The notes under the pieces were generated by a model that saw nothing but the letters and a program-made list of their open reading frames with translations, was not told the origin of the DNA and ran no database searches. Both the position numbers and the translations under genes were made by a program. Positions 1 to 14,876 of a stretch of DNA of 64,000 nucleotides are shown here, piece by piece (positions within the stretch are counted from its first letter, which is position 1; every line of letters begins with the position of its first letter). The DNA is from the human T2T-CHM13v2.0 reference genome, Homo sapiens: the NCBI RefSeq assembly GCF_009914755.1, contig NC_060946.1. The stretch is one strand, 5' to 3'.

Positions 1-149
1 ACAATGCCTAGTTGGTCAGCCTCTGGGCTTCTTTCTAGTTCTAACAGTAAACGATTCTGTGACTGCAGAGGACTCAACACATGTATTTCACATGGTGGCA
101 GAAACATCCTGTGCTCACCAATATCCATATTTTGCTCTCTTCCTGGGCA

Positions 150-492
150 CAGAGCTAGGCTGTATCTCCAGCCTCCTTGCAGTTAAGAATAACTCTGTGA
201 TACAGCTCTGGCCACTGGAGTCTGGAAAGGCTCTGGCTAGTACAGGCACCACTCTGAAGCCTTGCTCAGGAACAAATTTTATTCGCCTTCTTTTCTTGGC
301 TGACAGCCAGAGCAAGAGAATCCTGTAGAGCAGGCTGGGGTTCTGTGGAGGGCAGAGCCACAAGACAAAAGGAGCCTGGGTCCTTCAACCTGCAGAAAAA
401 CTACCTGCCAATCATGAACACCCATGTGGACTTTCTGCAAGGTTCCAGCAGGTTGAGCCACATTACAGCTGCTTGTGCTACCTTGACTAACA
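150..492 (+). mobile_element. Old MaLR LTR fragment (MLT1-type)
   Basis: ggcagagccacaagacaaaaggagcctgggtcc ... ttgactaaca resembles the MLT1J/I 3' half. Confidence 0.45.
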
Positions 493-1339
493 GGCACATT
501 TGAATGCTTGTAGCCTGTAAGTGATGGAGACATAGTACGATGGACCAATTAAGGAGTCTGGGAGGCCCCGTTTCTTCCTTCCTGTGACACCCCTCCTTCT
601 GATGTCTTGGGGCAATGGGTGAAATCACTGATGGGGAAATTACCACTCAAGCATGTTGCTTTGCACTTTCAACTTGCTTTCACTTTTTGGTGGCTTCGTA
701 TCCACTATTTCATTTTTACTCCTCCCCAGCGCTTGCATGAGACAGGCAAGGCTGCCCTTAGGGCCCTCAGTTGACAGATGAGGGCCCAAGGTGCTCAGAG
801 AAGCTGGGGCTCCAACTCTGGTCTCCTGAAACCTAACCCAGAGCTTGTCCCTGTGGTTTCCACAAAGCAGTTACATCTTATTAAGCCACACAGACAGGCA
901 GAAAAAGCTCACGACCTTCCTCGTTGCCTGCTGTGTGTATTAATCAACAAGTTCCAGGAACCCAAAGCATTTTTTTACTAAGGAAACCAAACTATGAGTC
1001 CATTTTCATTCTTTTGCAGGGAGGTAGGGGGCTGCATTCAGGACTGTTGAGTGAAGGTTCAGAGAGGGTCTGCCCAGCCCTGACCTCGACTTGGAGGAGA
1101 TAAGAAAAAGGCTTGGTCTCCTCCCTCCCAGTTATCAGTATTAATTCACGCATCACATACAATTCATAGGCTCTTATTTTATGCCAAGTCTTGTGCTAGG
1201 AATGGGGAATGAGCTCCTGCTTCTGCACTTGTATTATTCCTATGGTCTAGGAGGAGAGGCAATGAAGCCAGTCACTAATTACAAACACAGTGCAATCACA
1301 ACACAAACCTTAATTCTGGGGGGCCTTTGCCATCTGCCA

Positions 1340-1530
1340 CATTGTTCTAAGCTCCTGGCCCTGTCTTACTTTATTGATTCCTCTTAAGTCTATCAGATAG
1401 GAATAACTAATTTCCATCGTACAGATGAGAAAACTGAGGTGCAGGGAGTTTAAGCAGATCACCAGGAATCCCACAGCTGGCAGTCCAGCTGGGATTTCAC
1501 ATGAGGCAGCCTCATTCCAGAGCTGCCTTC
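1340..1530 (-). mobile_element. MIR SINE
   Basis: MIR core acagatgagaaaactgagg at about 1421-1440. Similar MIR pieces occur near 2300-2440, 3090-3560, 3680-3830, 11370-11520, 12810-12940, 14980-15140, 16540-16740, 19890-20090 and 34030-34200. Confidence 0.7.
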
Positions 1531-2450
1531 TTATCTACTGCACAAGTAAGAGATGCCACTTGAGAAAGGGAGATATGGTGGAAAGGAGAGGAAGGGAGGG
1601 AGCTGCTTTATAGACAAGGGAGGGCCGAACACCTGGCAAGTGCAGAGAGATGACAACCAGTGCCTAGAGGGGTCAAACAGGGCTCTGTGTAAGTTGCAGC
1701 TGAACAGGATCAAAGCAGCCAGGCCACAAGGGGAAACCGTGGCCCAGACTTGTATCCACTGAGTCTCTTGATCCCACAGCTCCTCTTCCCTTCACCCCCT
1801 CTCTCTGGAGCTTAACACATTCCTGGAGGGTCCTTTGGAGACTGGCCTTGAGCAGCCTAGCCTGTCTTAGGGTTTTGGGTCTGTCCATCCTGGGCTCTGC
1901 TGCCTGCTGCGTGACTGAAGAGTTGGCGACATGCGGCTCGCACGTGAGAGCAGGAATGCATTCTGGGCTTTCTCCGGGATTCTTCTGAGATACAGCTGTT
2001 TCCACAGAGCCATCTGTTTCTTGGCATTGTCTTGCAGGGTGATGCCATACAATGTTATAGAATCTGTTTATATGTGTCTTATTTTTAACTTCTAGTTGAG
2101 GTGATGCTGTTGTTTTTTCCTCTTAGCAGGCTTAGTGTCAGGGAACGTGGCCTTGGAAGTGGCCTGTCACCTTCATAGCGTGAGAGAGTTAAGCTTGGAA
2201 GCCTTCTTCATTTCAGAGGTGAGGCAGTGATCTCCCAGCAGTTGAGAGAGCGGGTATCCAAGACAAGCTTTCTGGAAAATACTCGTAACAATAACTGCCT
2301 AGATGGTGCAGCACTTTGAATACTTTAACCCCTTTAACTTTCCTCAAATAGCCTGGTGTGGGTGCATTTACTGACCATTTTACAGATGGGAAAACCGAGG
2401 TTCATGTAAGGCTAGAGTTATGCCTAAAATCATAGATCTGGTCTAGGGCC

Positions 2451-2716
2451 ACGGGGTCTTGCTCTGTCGCTCAGGCTAGAGTGTGGTGGTGCCGTCTCGA
2501 TTCACTGCAGCCTCGACCTCCCAGGCTCAAGTGATCCTCCCACCACAACCTCCTGAGTAGCTAGGACCACAGGCATGTGTGGTTTGCTTATTTTTCACAG
2601 AGACGAGGTCTCACTATGGTGCCTGGGTTGGTCTAGAACTCCTGGGGCTCAAGTGATCTTCCTGCCTCAGCCTCTCAAAGTGCTGGGATTACAGGTATGA
2701 GCCACTATTCCCAGCT
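2451..2716 (-). mobile_element. AluJ (decayed, tail lost)
   Basis: Reverse Alu with J diagnostics (cactgcagcctcgacctcc, gctcaagtgatc). Confidence 0.85.
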
Positions 2717-2794
2717 TGGGCCAAATTTTCTGAGTCCAAGTGGAGGGATGCTTCTGGCACACCACAAATGCTTCAAGAAAAGGACTTGTTATAG

Positions 2795-3050
2795 TTCATT
2801 TGTTCAACAAGATTTATTGAGCATGGATCTGGTGCCAGGCACTCTTTAATGAAGATGTACTGATGAATAAAACAGATAAAAAGCCCCGTAGTCACAGAGC
2901 TTACATTCTAGTGGGTAGAGACATGATCAACAAAAATAAATAAGTCATGATTATATTAGTGATAAGTACTATGGAGAAAAATGAAGGAGCCCTGGAGAGA
3001 GGGAGTGCTGGGGTATGGGACAGGCATTGCAATTTTAGATAGAGGAGTAT
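2795..3050 (-). mobile_element. L2 LINE 3' fragment
   Basis: ttcatttgttcaacaagatttattgagc...gagcttacattctagtggg is typical of L2. Other L2 pieces lie near 6610-6990, 8200-8620, 10450-10925, 19130-19300, 20800-21500 and 29880-30200. Confidence 0.7.
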
Positions 3051-3183
3051 TTTAAATAGTCGTAGAGAGACCACTCAACTATGAATCAGGGCTTGATACC
3101 GGCTTCAGCCCTGCCACCAACGTGTTCTATGAATTCACCTCTCTGAGCTTCTATTTCCTTCTGTATAAAATGGAGATAACAGC

Positions 3184-3454
3184 AGTGGCTCGCGCCTGTA
3201 ATCCCAGCACTTTGGGAGGCTGAGGTGGGTGGATCACGAGGTCAGGAGTTCAAGACCAGCCTGACCAAGATGGTGAAACCCCAGCTCTATTAAAAATACA
3301 AAAATTAGCCTGGCATGGTGGCAGGTGCCTGTAATCCCAGCTACTCGAGAGGCTGAGGCAGAGAATTGCTTGAACCCGGGAGGCGGAGGTTGCAGTGAGC
3401 CGACATTGTGCCACTGCACTCTAGCCTGGGTGACAGAGCGAGACTCTCTCTCAA

Positions 3455-3485
<31 letters not shown>

Positions 3486-3508
3486 TAAAACAAATAAATA
3501 ATAAAAAA
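3184..3508 (+). mobile_element. AluS (Sg-like) with (AAT)n tail, inserted in a MIR
   Basis: Alu dimer; TSD ggagataacag on both sides. Confidence 0.95.
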
Positions 3509-4944
3509 GGAGATAACAGGAACTACCTTGAAGGGTTAGTGAAAGAGTAAGAAAACCGTATCCATATAACAACTAGGAGAATTGTGGAATAACCTGGATA
3601 TATGTAATAATGTAACTTACTATTACATTAATATGACATACATAGCTACATCCATTTGGGAAGCACTTCCTTGTCTTGTGGCTTTAGAGTTAGGTAGACC
3701 TGGTTTCTAATCACGGCCCCAGCACTTAGGAGTTGTGTGGTCTTGAACAAGTAAATCATTTCTTTGAAGCCTTCCTTTCCTTATCTGTGAAATGTGACTC
3801 ATAATGACTCCCACTCTTTGTGGTGAAGATTAAAGTTGTATTTCCCTTTCTCTTTCTTTCCCTGTAGAAAATTTCCAATTCCCAAAAGCTAGAGGCAAGC
3901 AGAGAAAGGTCTTAGAACAGCACAAAGAGCTGTGCTCATGCAGGAGAGACCAGAATGACTAATACCTATCGTAGGGATACCCAGCAGGCTTTGGTTCCCT
4001 GCTATCACTAGGAGGCTAGGAGACCAATACTGATTACTCAGAGTGCTGTTTTGAGGAGGATAAAGAAGCTGGGCATAGGTGAATAATGCAGTCATCAATT
4101 AGTGATGTCTGCTGTGGGCAGGGGTTGGAGACACTGGCTGTTGACTTACAATTCCATATACATTCAAAAATTCATTGGTGTCCAGTGTATTTTTTTTTTG
4201 TAGTTTGTGGATGTTTGGTATGTTTCATAATCTAGCTTTTAACATAACAACAGATCATTCTTTTACCATCAGTCTTTCTAAATTAAATACCTTTGTGGGT
4301 TTTTTTTTTGTGGGGGGAAGGGGGCGTTGGCTGCCTTGGAAAGAAGGAACAAGGAGGCGAGCCCAGAAAGGGTTGTTCTGAAGCTGATAAGCAGAAAGTG
4401 ACAGCTGTCAGAAAGGAATCCACAGAATAAGCAGTGAACAGTCTGGGGCCATTTCCTGCCAGGTTAAACAGTATCTTTCCTCCTCTGGACAACCCCCTCC
4501 ACCTCCTCCAGCCTTTTCAATGTAACCACAGTCATCAAATATTGTAAACTTAGTTTAATACTAAACTGAGTTTAGTGTTTGCTTACTAAAGGAACGGCAT
4601 ACACTTTAGCAGCAAGTTTCCTGTCCAAATTGGTTAAAACCCATCTATTTTAATGGTTTTTGCATTTAAAAAGATGAGGTTCCTTTAGTTGGAAATTCCC
4701 TTAGGTGGAGCAAGACCCTCTTGATGATAAAGCATCACCCTACAAATACAATACTTAGGGAGCATTGCATGTTTCTAAATAGCAAACTGAATGGAAACTT
4801 TCTATGCTATCTTCTGGGCTGTCAGGTACTAGGGAGGTGGAAGGATCCTTATTTCCTTATGTTTCATTAAAAAAACAGAACAACAAAAAAAAACCCAACA
4901 AAACCTAGACTCCAGAGGACAGGGCTCAGATCAGTGGGTTCTTT

Positions 4945-5105
4945 ACAGAAGGGAATATTTCAGCCCAACATGAGGTAGAACAATTTAGCATCTGGAGCTT
5001 TCCAATAGCAGAGTAAGCTGCCTTGGAAGGTGGCTCTCTGTCTTTGGGAGAATTTCAGCAGAAGCCAGATGCAAGCCTATTAGGGATACTGTGGAAGGAT
5101 TCTGA
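4945..5105 (+). mobile_element. CR1/L3 LINE 3' fragment
   Basis: Weak resemblance (gctgccttggaaggtggctctctgtctttgggagaatttcagcagaagc). Confidence 0.4.
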
Positions 5106-5182
5106 ATAGAAAAAACGGTAGAGAATAGCTCTGATTATCCAACTATGTTCTGGAAGAGTCCTGGGGTTTCTTGGATATTCTT

Positions 5183-5361
5183 TTATAAATTTAATTTAAT
5201 TTAATTTAATTTTAGGGACTGGGTTTTACTCCATCACACAGGCTGGAGTATAGCGGATCGATCATAGCTCACTTCAACCTTAAACTTCTGGGCTCAAACA
5301 ATCCTTGTGCCTCTGCCTCCAAAAGTGCAAGGATTATAGGCATGAGCTACCGCACCCTGCC
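5183..5361 (-). mobile_element. Monomeric Alu (FRAM/FAM-like) with (AATTT)n tail
   Basis: Single Alu arm flanked by a 16-bp TSD tttcttggatattctt (5167-5182, 5363-5378). Confidence 0.85.
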
Positions 5362-6216
5362 ATTTCTTGGATATTCTTGAGGGGCTGGGTTGTTGAGGAA
5401 AAGGGAGAGAAATGCTAAGGTATAGAATTCTAACCTCCATCCCTATGTCAATCAATCAACTCATAATAACCAATGCATACCAAATGCTTACTGCACTACA
5501 TAAAGAATTTACAAGTTCCAGGGAGAGATGCCCAAACTATGAGAGACAAGTGGCTGTGACCAATTAGCTACTGTCATTCCATAGCACTGGGGGAGCCTGT
5601 TCTCTTGCAAATCAAACTGTCTTGTCCTAGAGCAAGCAGCCCAACCAGTGGCTCTGAAATGGCGCTCTGCCCCTCACATCTTGGCTCCTTGATGAAGAAT
5701 TACATCCCTGACTGGATGTCCTTATTTTTATTTTGGCAGCAAGGCAAACCAAATAGCCTCTTCTTCCTACCCTGAATTTCCGAATCAGTGGGGATACTGG
5801 GGATTGTTTGACTTAGAGCAAATGTGACACCCTCTCACATGCTTTACAGACAGATTTCTCAGAGACTCTACAGGTTCCCTTCTCTGCTACGTCTTTTTAC
5901 CAGAGTTGCTAATAAAACCTAAAGCCTATGTGTGGAACAGTGGATTATGATCACATGGGTCAGGCATTGGGGTCTGTGAAGAAACTCATCCCAAGGCACA
6001 CTGTGTTCCTGGTGCCAAGTCCTTCTTTTTTGGCCTTCAATTGTTCATAAAACCCCATGGCAATGGTGTCATGTACCCATTTCTCAGATGGTAAACCCAA
6101 GGCTCAGAGCATTTAGGTGACTTCTCTGAGGTCATGTGTCTATTAAATGAGCGATTCAGATTACCAGAGAGCTCATACTCTTGTTGTCATTATCAATTTC
6201 CCAGTGAAAAAGTTAA

Positions 6217-6597
<381 letters not shown>

Positions 6598-6997
6598 TAG
6601 TTCTCACACTGACTTCATTTGACTCTCAACTCCCAGCAGGTCCTCGAGTGATCATGCTTGTGTTGGCTCCTGGTCTCCAGTGCTCATGTTGCTCCCTCCC
6701 ACCCACCAAGTTTACCCTTCAGACTCCTTCACTCCTACTTATTCAACCTTTAAATCTCACCTCCTCCAGGAAGTCTTCCTCGATGCACCTTCTCTCCCTA
6801 GTTGTGTAAAATGCCCTTCCCGTGTGCTCTCAAAGCACTACCACTATTTTGGCACTAACCGCACTACTTAATAATCCTCTGCTTGTCTGTAACCCTCACT
6901 CAACAGTGACTGCAAGAGCCGAGCTTTAATCTGCAATGCTGCCTGCTAGAACACTAGCCCTGTGTCTGGCGACTACCTGAATTATCAGCTGGGTGGA

Positions 6998-7360
6998 TGA
7001 TATGGTTTGGCTGTGTCCCCACCCAAATCTCATCTTGAATTGTAGCTCCCATAATTGCTACATGTTGTGGGAGGGACACAGTGGGAGTTAACTGAATCAT
7101 GGGGGCAGGTTCCCCCTATACTGGTCTCATGATAGTGAATAAGTCTCATGAGATCTGATGGTTTTATAAGGGGAAACCCCTTTCACTTGGTTCTCATTCT
7201 CTCTCTTGCCTGCCACTGTGTAAGACGTCCCTTGCTCTTCCGCCATGATTGTGAGGCCTCCCCAGCCATGTGGAACTGTGAGTCAATTAAACCTCTTTCC
7301 TTTATAAATTACCCAGTCTCAGGTATGTCTTTATCAGCAGCGTGAAAATGGACTAATACA
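6998..7360 (+). mobile_element. THE1 solo LTR (ERVL-MaLR)
   Basis: tgatatggtttggctgtgtcccc...ggactaataca with 5-bp TSD gtgga on both sides. Confidence 0.95.
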
Positions 7361-7838
7361 GTGGATGAAAGGAGTCTTAAGTCACTTAGACACTGCCATC
7401 AGAGCCTGCTCCCATCTAGGATCTCAAGTCCAAAGAAGAGGTTCCTGACTTGGTTTCTTTCAGACTCACCACCATCTGTGCACTTATCACAGCTCTAATG
7501 ACCTCTTCCCACAGAGCTGGGAGCATAGGCTTTGGGCTGGATCCAAGATCATACCCTTTCCCTCTGGTTGTGTCTGCAGATAACACTTGACGCGCTGCGG
7601 AAGACCAGGTGGTAAACTCCCTACAGAGCTGTGGTTCAGGAGTGCAATGTTTACAGACTCTCTCTTTGCCCCAGCTCCAGCCCCAGCCCCAGCCCCAGCC
7701 AGCAGAGGAACAGGGCTGGAGCAGTGTACAGGAACCTGCTTGTCTTGACTTATGAGTGCTAGCTGCACCTACTCTCATGTTCTTAGTACCCACAAAACAA
7801 TCCATCTGCTCTCTCCATTCCCACCGCAACTGTCCTAG

Positions 7839-8191
<353 letters not shown>

Positions 8192-8711
8192 GGGGCAATG
8201 TCCTTTAAGTGGTCCCTCCAGTTTTGTCTTTTTCATTTCATCCTCTACCTTGAGTGATTTTTCTCTAATATAAATCTGCCCATCACCAAAACCCTTCAGT
8301 GGCTCCTCACTGCCCTGAGGAGAAACTCCAAGCTTCTCAGCACAGTCAGGGCGCCTCCTGGTCAGCTTTGTTCCTAGCCATGCCCCCAACATGCCTGTGC
8401 TCTGGTACATGAACTTCCAGCATGTTCTCTTTTAACAGTTCACTTCTTCATCTGCTCTTCCCTTTACTTGGTGGTAATTCATTCTTACTTCTTAAATTTA
8501 CTTAGTACATTCACTCAATAAATATTTATTAGGTGCTTATTATGTGCTTGGTTCTATCCTATGTTAGGACGGAGAACCTCAGAGGTGAACAGTACAAAGT
8601 CTTTAAGAGTCTTATGTTTTGGTATTACATTTATGAAAAAATGTAGGAAATGAACATATGAACCAGGTAATTGTAAACAGGAGTAGATGCTCTGACAAAA
8701 AGAAAACAGGG

Positions 8712-9343
<632 letters not shown>

Positions 9344-11064
9344 TTAATGGATTACTTTGTGTGGGGGTAGGGGATTGCAAAGTTTCTGTGATGTCACAGC
9401 TGAGACATTTAAACACAGAGGGTCAGGGTGTTCCCGCCAGTGGGAATAGCAAGCACGAAAGCCCTATGGTGAGCCCAGAATGTAGAAAGCACAGAAAGGA
9501 GGTGGATGTGGCCCATGCATAGTGGTCAAGGGAGAGAGGGGAGAGAGACTGGGATGACAGCCATGGTGACTGCTTAGAGCAGGCTGCTTTCTCATTCATG
9601 GGCCTCCTGGGCCCAGACGGCCCTTCCTGTTGGCATCTCTAAGAGCTGTTAAGCTTCAGGCCACTTACATACAGGGGTGGGCTCAGTCTCTAAGTTCAAC
9701 CCCCGTGAGCTACATGGCTCCTGGCAGATGGCCAGCATTCACGCATTCTTCCTGAGCAAATAAGTATGGTCACGGATTCCGAGAAAGACCACCGACGACT
9801 TCTTCACCTCGCCGATCCCCCCAGGGGAAGGAGATGGTAGGAAAAGCTGGTGAGTCACTCATAAAAGGAGTCTCATTTCTTATAACACTGAGCAGCAGCA
9901 TGGCATGGGAATGCACTGATACAAATGATTAACTGACGGCTTCATCCTGCAAGGCTTTTTATGGGAGCCTTCTCCATGGAGGGGGGAAATAAACGAGGTA
10001 GGAGAACAGTTTCCATTTAACGTTTGCAAAAATGTGCCGAATGGGCACTCAAATCTTGATGATGATACATACTGATGTGAGCAAAGAGAACTGAAGGAAA
10101 AACTGAAAGAACAGTGTTTGTTGAGCCTCTAAGTGCTTCCCAGAATCTGAAAGAGTTCCAGTGCTTAATGGTTTTCTTTCCTTTATCACTAGATGCGAAG
10201 GAGGGCAGATGCTGAGAAGGCCTCTAGGGTGATGGGGAGAAGGGCCAGAGCCAGTGGCGATCCACTGTGACTTGGGGACCCAGTCACAGAGAGCAGGGGC
10301 GCACTGTGACCAGGGTCATCCTGATAAAAGGCCAGGCGAGTACATGCCTCTGGTCCTTCCACAGGTGCCCTTCCCTGCCATTGGGAGCCTAAAAGAATTC
10401 TCACTACATCCAAAATAACTATAAAAAATAACTATAAAAACAGCAGCAACAACAATAAATCAAAATTCTGAATCTGAAATCCAACATACAACCTCCTACC
10501 AATCTGGCTCCTGCCTACCTGAGCCCTCCCTCCCCACTAGCTCCTAGGCACACTGGCCATCCTTCTGTTCCACACCCCGAACCTGTCCTGCCTCAGGGCC
10601 TTTGCACCAGCTACTTCCTCTACCTGGAACGTGCTCCCTTTGCTCTTCTCTGGGAGGCTCATTCATGTCATTTAGGTTTCAGACTAAACGTCACCTCCTC
10701 ATAGAAATCCTTAAACCAGTGGAGCTGCTCACTAATATATTGCTATGTAGCAGTTGCCACTGGCTGATCATTGTTTTCTGCGAGTTTAGTTATTAACTGT
10801 GTCTCCTCCACCAGAATATAAACATCATGAGATCAGGAACCAAAGTCCTTTTTCATCTACGAATACTTAGTGTGCAGAATAAGTAGAAGGTCCTCAGTAA
10901 ATGTTTGCTGCCTAAAGGAATGAACCAGGTACTTCTGTGTCTAATACTAAGGGTCAAGGAAAGAGCAGAGTGCAAATATTGACTATGCATGTAACACAGG
11001 GCCAACACCAAGCTAGGTGCTTTGCATGCAACTTTTCAGCTACTGTCAAAACATCCCATGTAAG

Positions 11065-11367
<303 letters not shown>

Positions 11368-11647
11368 CCACAAAAGTTTTTATTCTCCATTTGACAGTTG
11401 AAGAAAATGAAGCACAGAGGTTGAGTCACTTATCTGAGATCACACAGGTAGTAACTGGAAGGAATTAAAGCCAAACCCAGGTCAGCCTGACTCCCCATGC
11501 CCTGCTTTTTCTGTTAAAGTGCCTCTTCTCTATATCCTAAGAAACTCACAACCAGTCTCAACGTTGCTCCTTGTTTCCTGTGGGGCCATGGGCAACCTGC
11601 CTAATCTCTCTGTGCCTCAACTTACTCAACTCTAAAAAGTCGGTTCT

Positions 11648-11942
<295 letters not shown>

Positions 11943-12408
11943 GTGGGTTTCTATGAACATCAAATGAGATACAGCATATGAACAAATTATAAGTGGTGAA
12001 GAGACAGAGAAACAGGAATAGCTATAGTAGACTGTAGCTATGGCGGTGACTTAGTACCTACCTAACACTGTCTTCACCCATGCTCACCCTAAAGGAGCCA
12101 GTTACTTGTGAAAAGCTCTTTTTGTGTTTCCCCATGCACTGACTACACTGAATCCAGGGTCTCCCATGTGGGTATCATGTCCACAAAAACATTGGTGTTT
12201 CCTGGCTATGAGAGACACTTGATCTTTCCTTTCACTGGTGGTTTTGTTCATTCTGTTTCCTCTGCTTGGAAACTCACTTCTGACTTCACCTCGTCTGGAC
12301 CAAACATACCCTGTCTGCATCCACAATGATGAGCATGCAAAGGACCCGCTGATGTACCTCTCTCCCCGACTAGATGGTGGACCCTGGGCACCGATGGCGT
12401 TGTGTTCA

Positions 12409-12723
<315 letters not shown>

Positions 12724-12956
12724 TCACACCTGTAGGAAGCCATGGCTCAGCACTGGGCTAAGCATTATTTGAGGGTCTGCTCATTCGCTCATTCAACATT
12801 TTGGCAGAGTGGTTAAGGGTAGGGGCTCGGGGGCCAGGTCACCTGGGATCAAACCCTGCCTCTGCTCTAGGTAGTCTTTTAATCTCACACAAGTGACTGA
12901 ATCTCTGTGCCTCAGTTTCCTCATCTGTGAAATGGGAATAATCTGTGCCAGTTATT

Positions 12957-13477
12957 ACATTGTCATCTCTCAGCCCTAAGATGTGATGCTTAGGCCACGA
13001 CTCTACAAACCCTAATTCTGCTTGGCCACCTGCTGCCTGTAGGTGCCACCCAGAGGGAGCATGACTGGGACATGAAGGGTCTGGAAGGGGAGAAAGGCGC
13101 TTGCTCCTCCTGTTGCTTCCTGTCCCTGTGGGCATCACCCTAGTCCCATTTTTTCAGCCCAGCAGTGGCACCTCCTTCCTTTAGCAGCAGCTACATCCAT
13201 TCTGCAGTTTTTCCCACACTCAGAACACGCTTCGCTGTCCCTACTTCTCGGCCCAGTGATGCTGCCTCTGGAATCGGCTGGTGATGCCATCCTAGAGGTC
13301 TGGGTCCTGGCCCCAGGTTTTAATCATTCCTACCTCCTCCTCCTATTTCTTCAGCTCTAGGGTAGTGCTTCCTGTACCAAGTGAACACTTTATGCCTTAT
13401 AACTATTTTTAAAGATTAAATTCTCTGTTCAAATAATTGCTGTGGTTTCTGCCTCCAGCTAGGACGTTGAATGATAC
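12957..13477 (+). mobile_element. ERVL LTR (LTR33/LTR41-like)
   Basis: Ends aaattctctgttcaaataattgctgtggtttctg...tgataca, typical of old ERVL LTRs. Confidence 0.5.
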
Positions 13478-13733
13478 ACTGTCTCATAAAGCTTTTTTGA
13501 AAAATAAACAAGTTCATGCCTATAAAGCATGTAAATAATGCCTAGCACATGGTAAGTGCTCAGTAGATGCTGGTTCTGACTACTGAGTGCCTAGAGTATA
13601 GAGGGCTGGGAAGCAGCCAGAGACATAGGACACTGGGTCCCTCCCTTGGCACACTCATGGTCAGTTGGGGAAAAGTGTCCACAAACAGGTAATTTGAATG
13701 TGATAATGGAGAGACGATCAAGAATAAATGAGA

Positions 13734-14053
13734 GGCCGGGTGCGGTGGCTCATGCCTGTAATGCCAGCACTTTGGGAGGCTGAGGTGGGCAGATCACCTG
13801 AGGTCAGGAGTTCAAGACCAGCCTGGCCAACATGGTGAAACCCTGTCTCCACCAAAAATATAAAAATTAGCTGGGCGTGGTGGCAGGTGCTTGTAATCCC
13901 AGCTACTCAGGAGGCTGAGGCAAGAGAATCACCTGAACCCAGGAGGTGGAGGTTGCGGTGGGCCGAGATTGCACCACTGCACTCCAGCCTGGGCAACAAA
14001 GCGAGACTCCGTCTCAAAAAATAAAAAAAAAAAAAAAAAAAGAAGAAGAAGAA
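13734..14053 (+). mobile_element. AluSx-like
   Basis: Full dimer; TSD aaatgaga. Confidence 0.95.
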
Positions 14054-14595
14054 ATGAGAGCTGAAGAATGATCAGAGAAGCATCAAAGAAGAAGATGCTT
14101 GTGCTGGAGCTTGAGGGAGACAGGGCCTGGGACAGAGGGAAGATGTGTTGTGTTGGGGTGGGGTGGCTCATTTGGAGCATGAGAACTCAAGTGCTCTAGC
14201 TGGAGCACAAGGGGCGGAAAGATATGGGGTCTTTCCGCACAAGGGGCGGAAAAATGTTGGTAGTGGCGTCGTGGGGTCATGCCCTGGACCTGAGAGGCCC
14301 ATGGTCAGCACTCAGACTGTAGGTACTGCAGATTTTCAGCAGGAGGAACATCCGTAACTCTAGGTTTCAGAAAGATCACTCTATTCATAATGAAGAAGAT
14401 GCAAGTCGCAGGATGGGAGATGCAAAACTAGAGCCTAGGATGATGGTTAAGAGTCCGCTGTAACTTCCAGCCGAGACAGAAGGCCTTGTAGACAGTTTGA
14501 TTGGAGAGACAAGATATGCACAAGAAAAAAAAATCTGGGAAAAGCAATAAAATATTTATAAAATATTTATTTGTTTATGACATGGTCATAACAAA

Positions 14596-14876
<281 letters not shown>

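Noticed and set aside
2108-2224. Possible + strand exon (ttttttcctcttagcag ... ag|gtgagg)
   Set aside because: Splice-like signals of this quality occur by chance in 64 kb; no partner exon or promoter is evident.
4560-4576. Short palindromes (actaaact-g-agtttagt; also about 12019-12041 and 63001-63022)
   Set aside because: Stems of 8-10 bp are expected at random, and nothing else supports them.
7668-7701. (CCCCAG)n run, potential G-quadruplex in pre-mRNA; also the G12 run at 54939-54950
   Set aside because: Short and common, with no sign of expansion or function.
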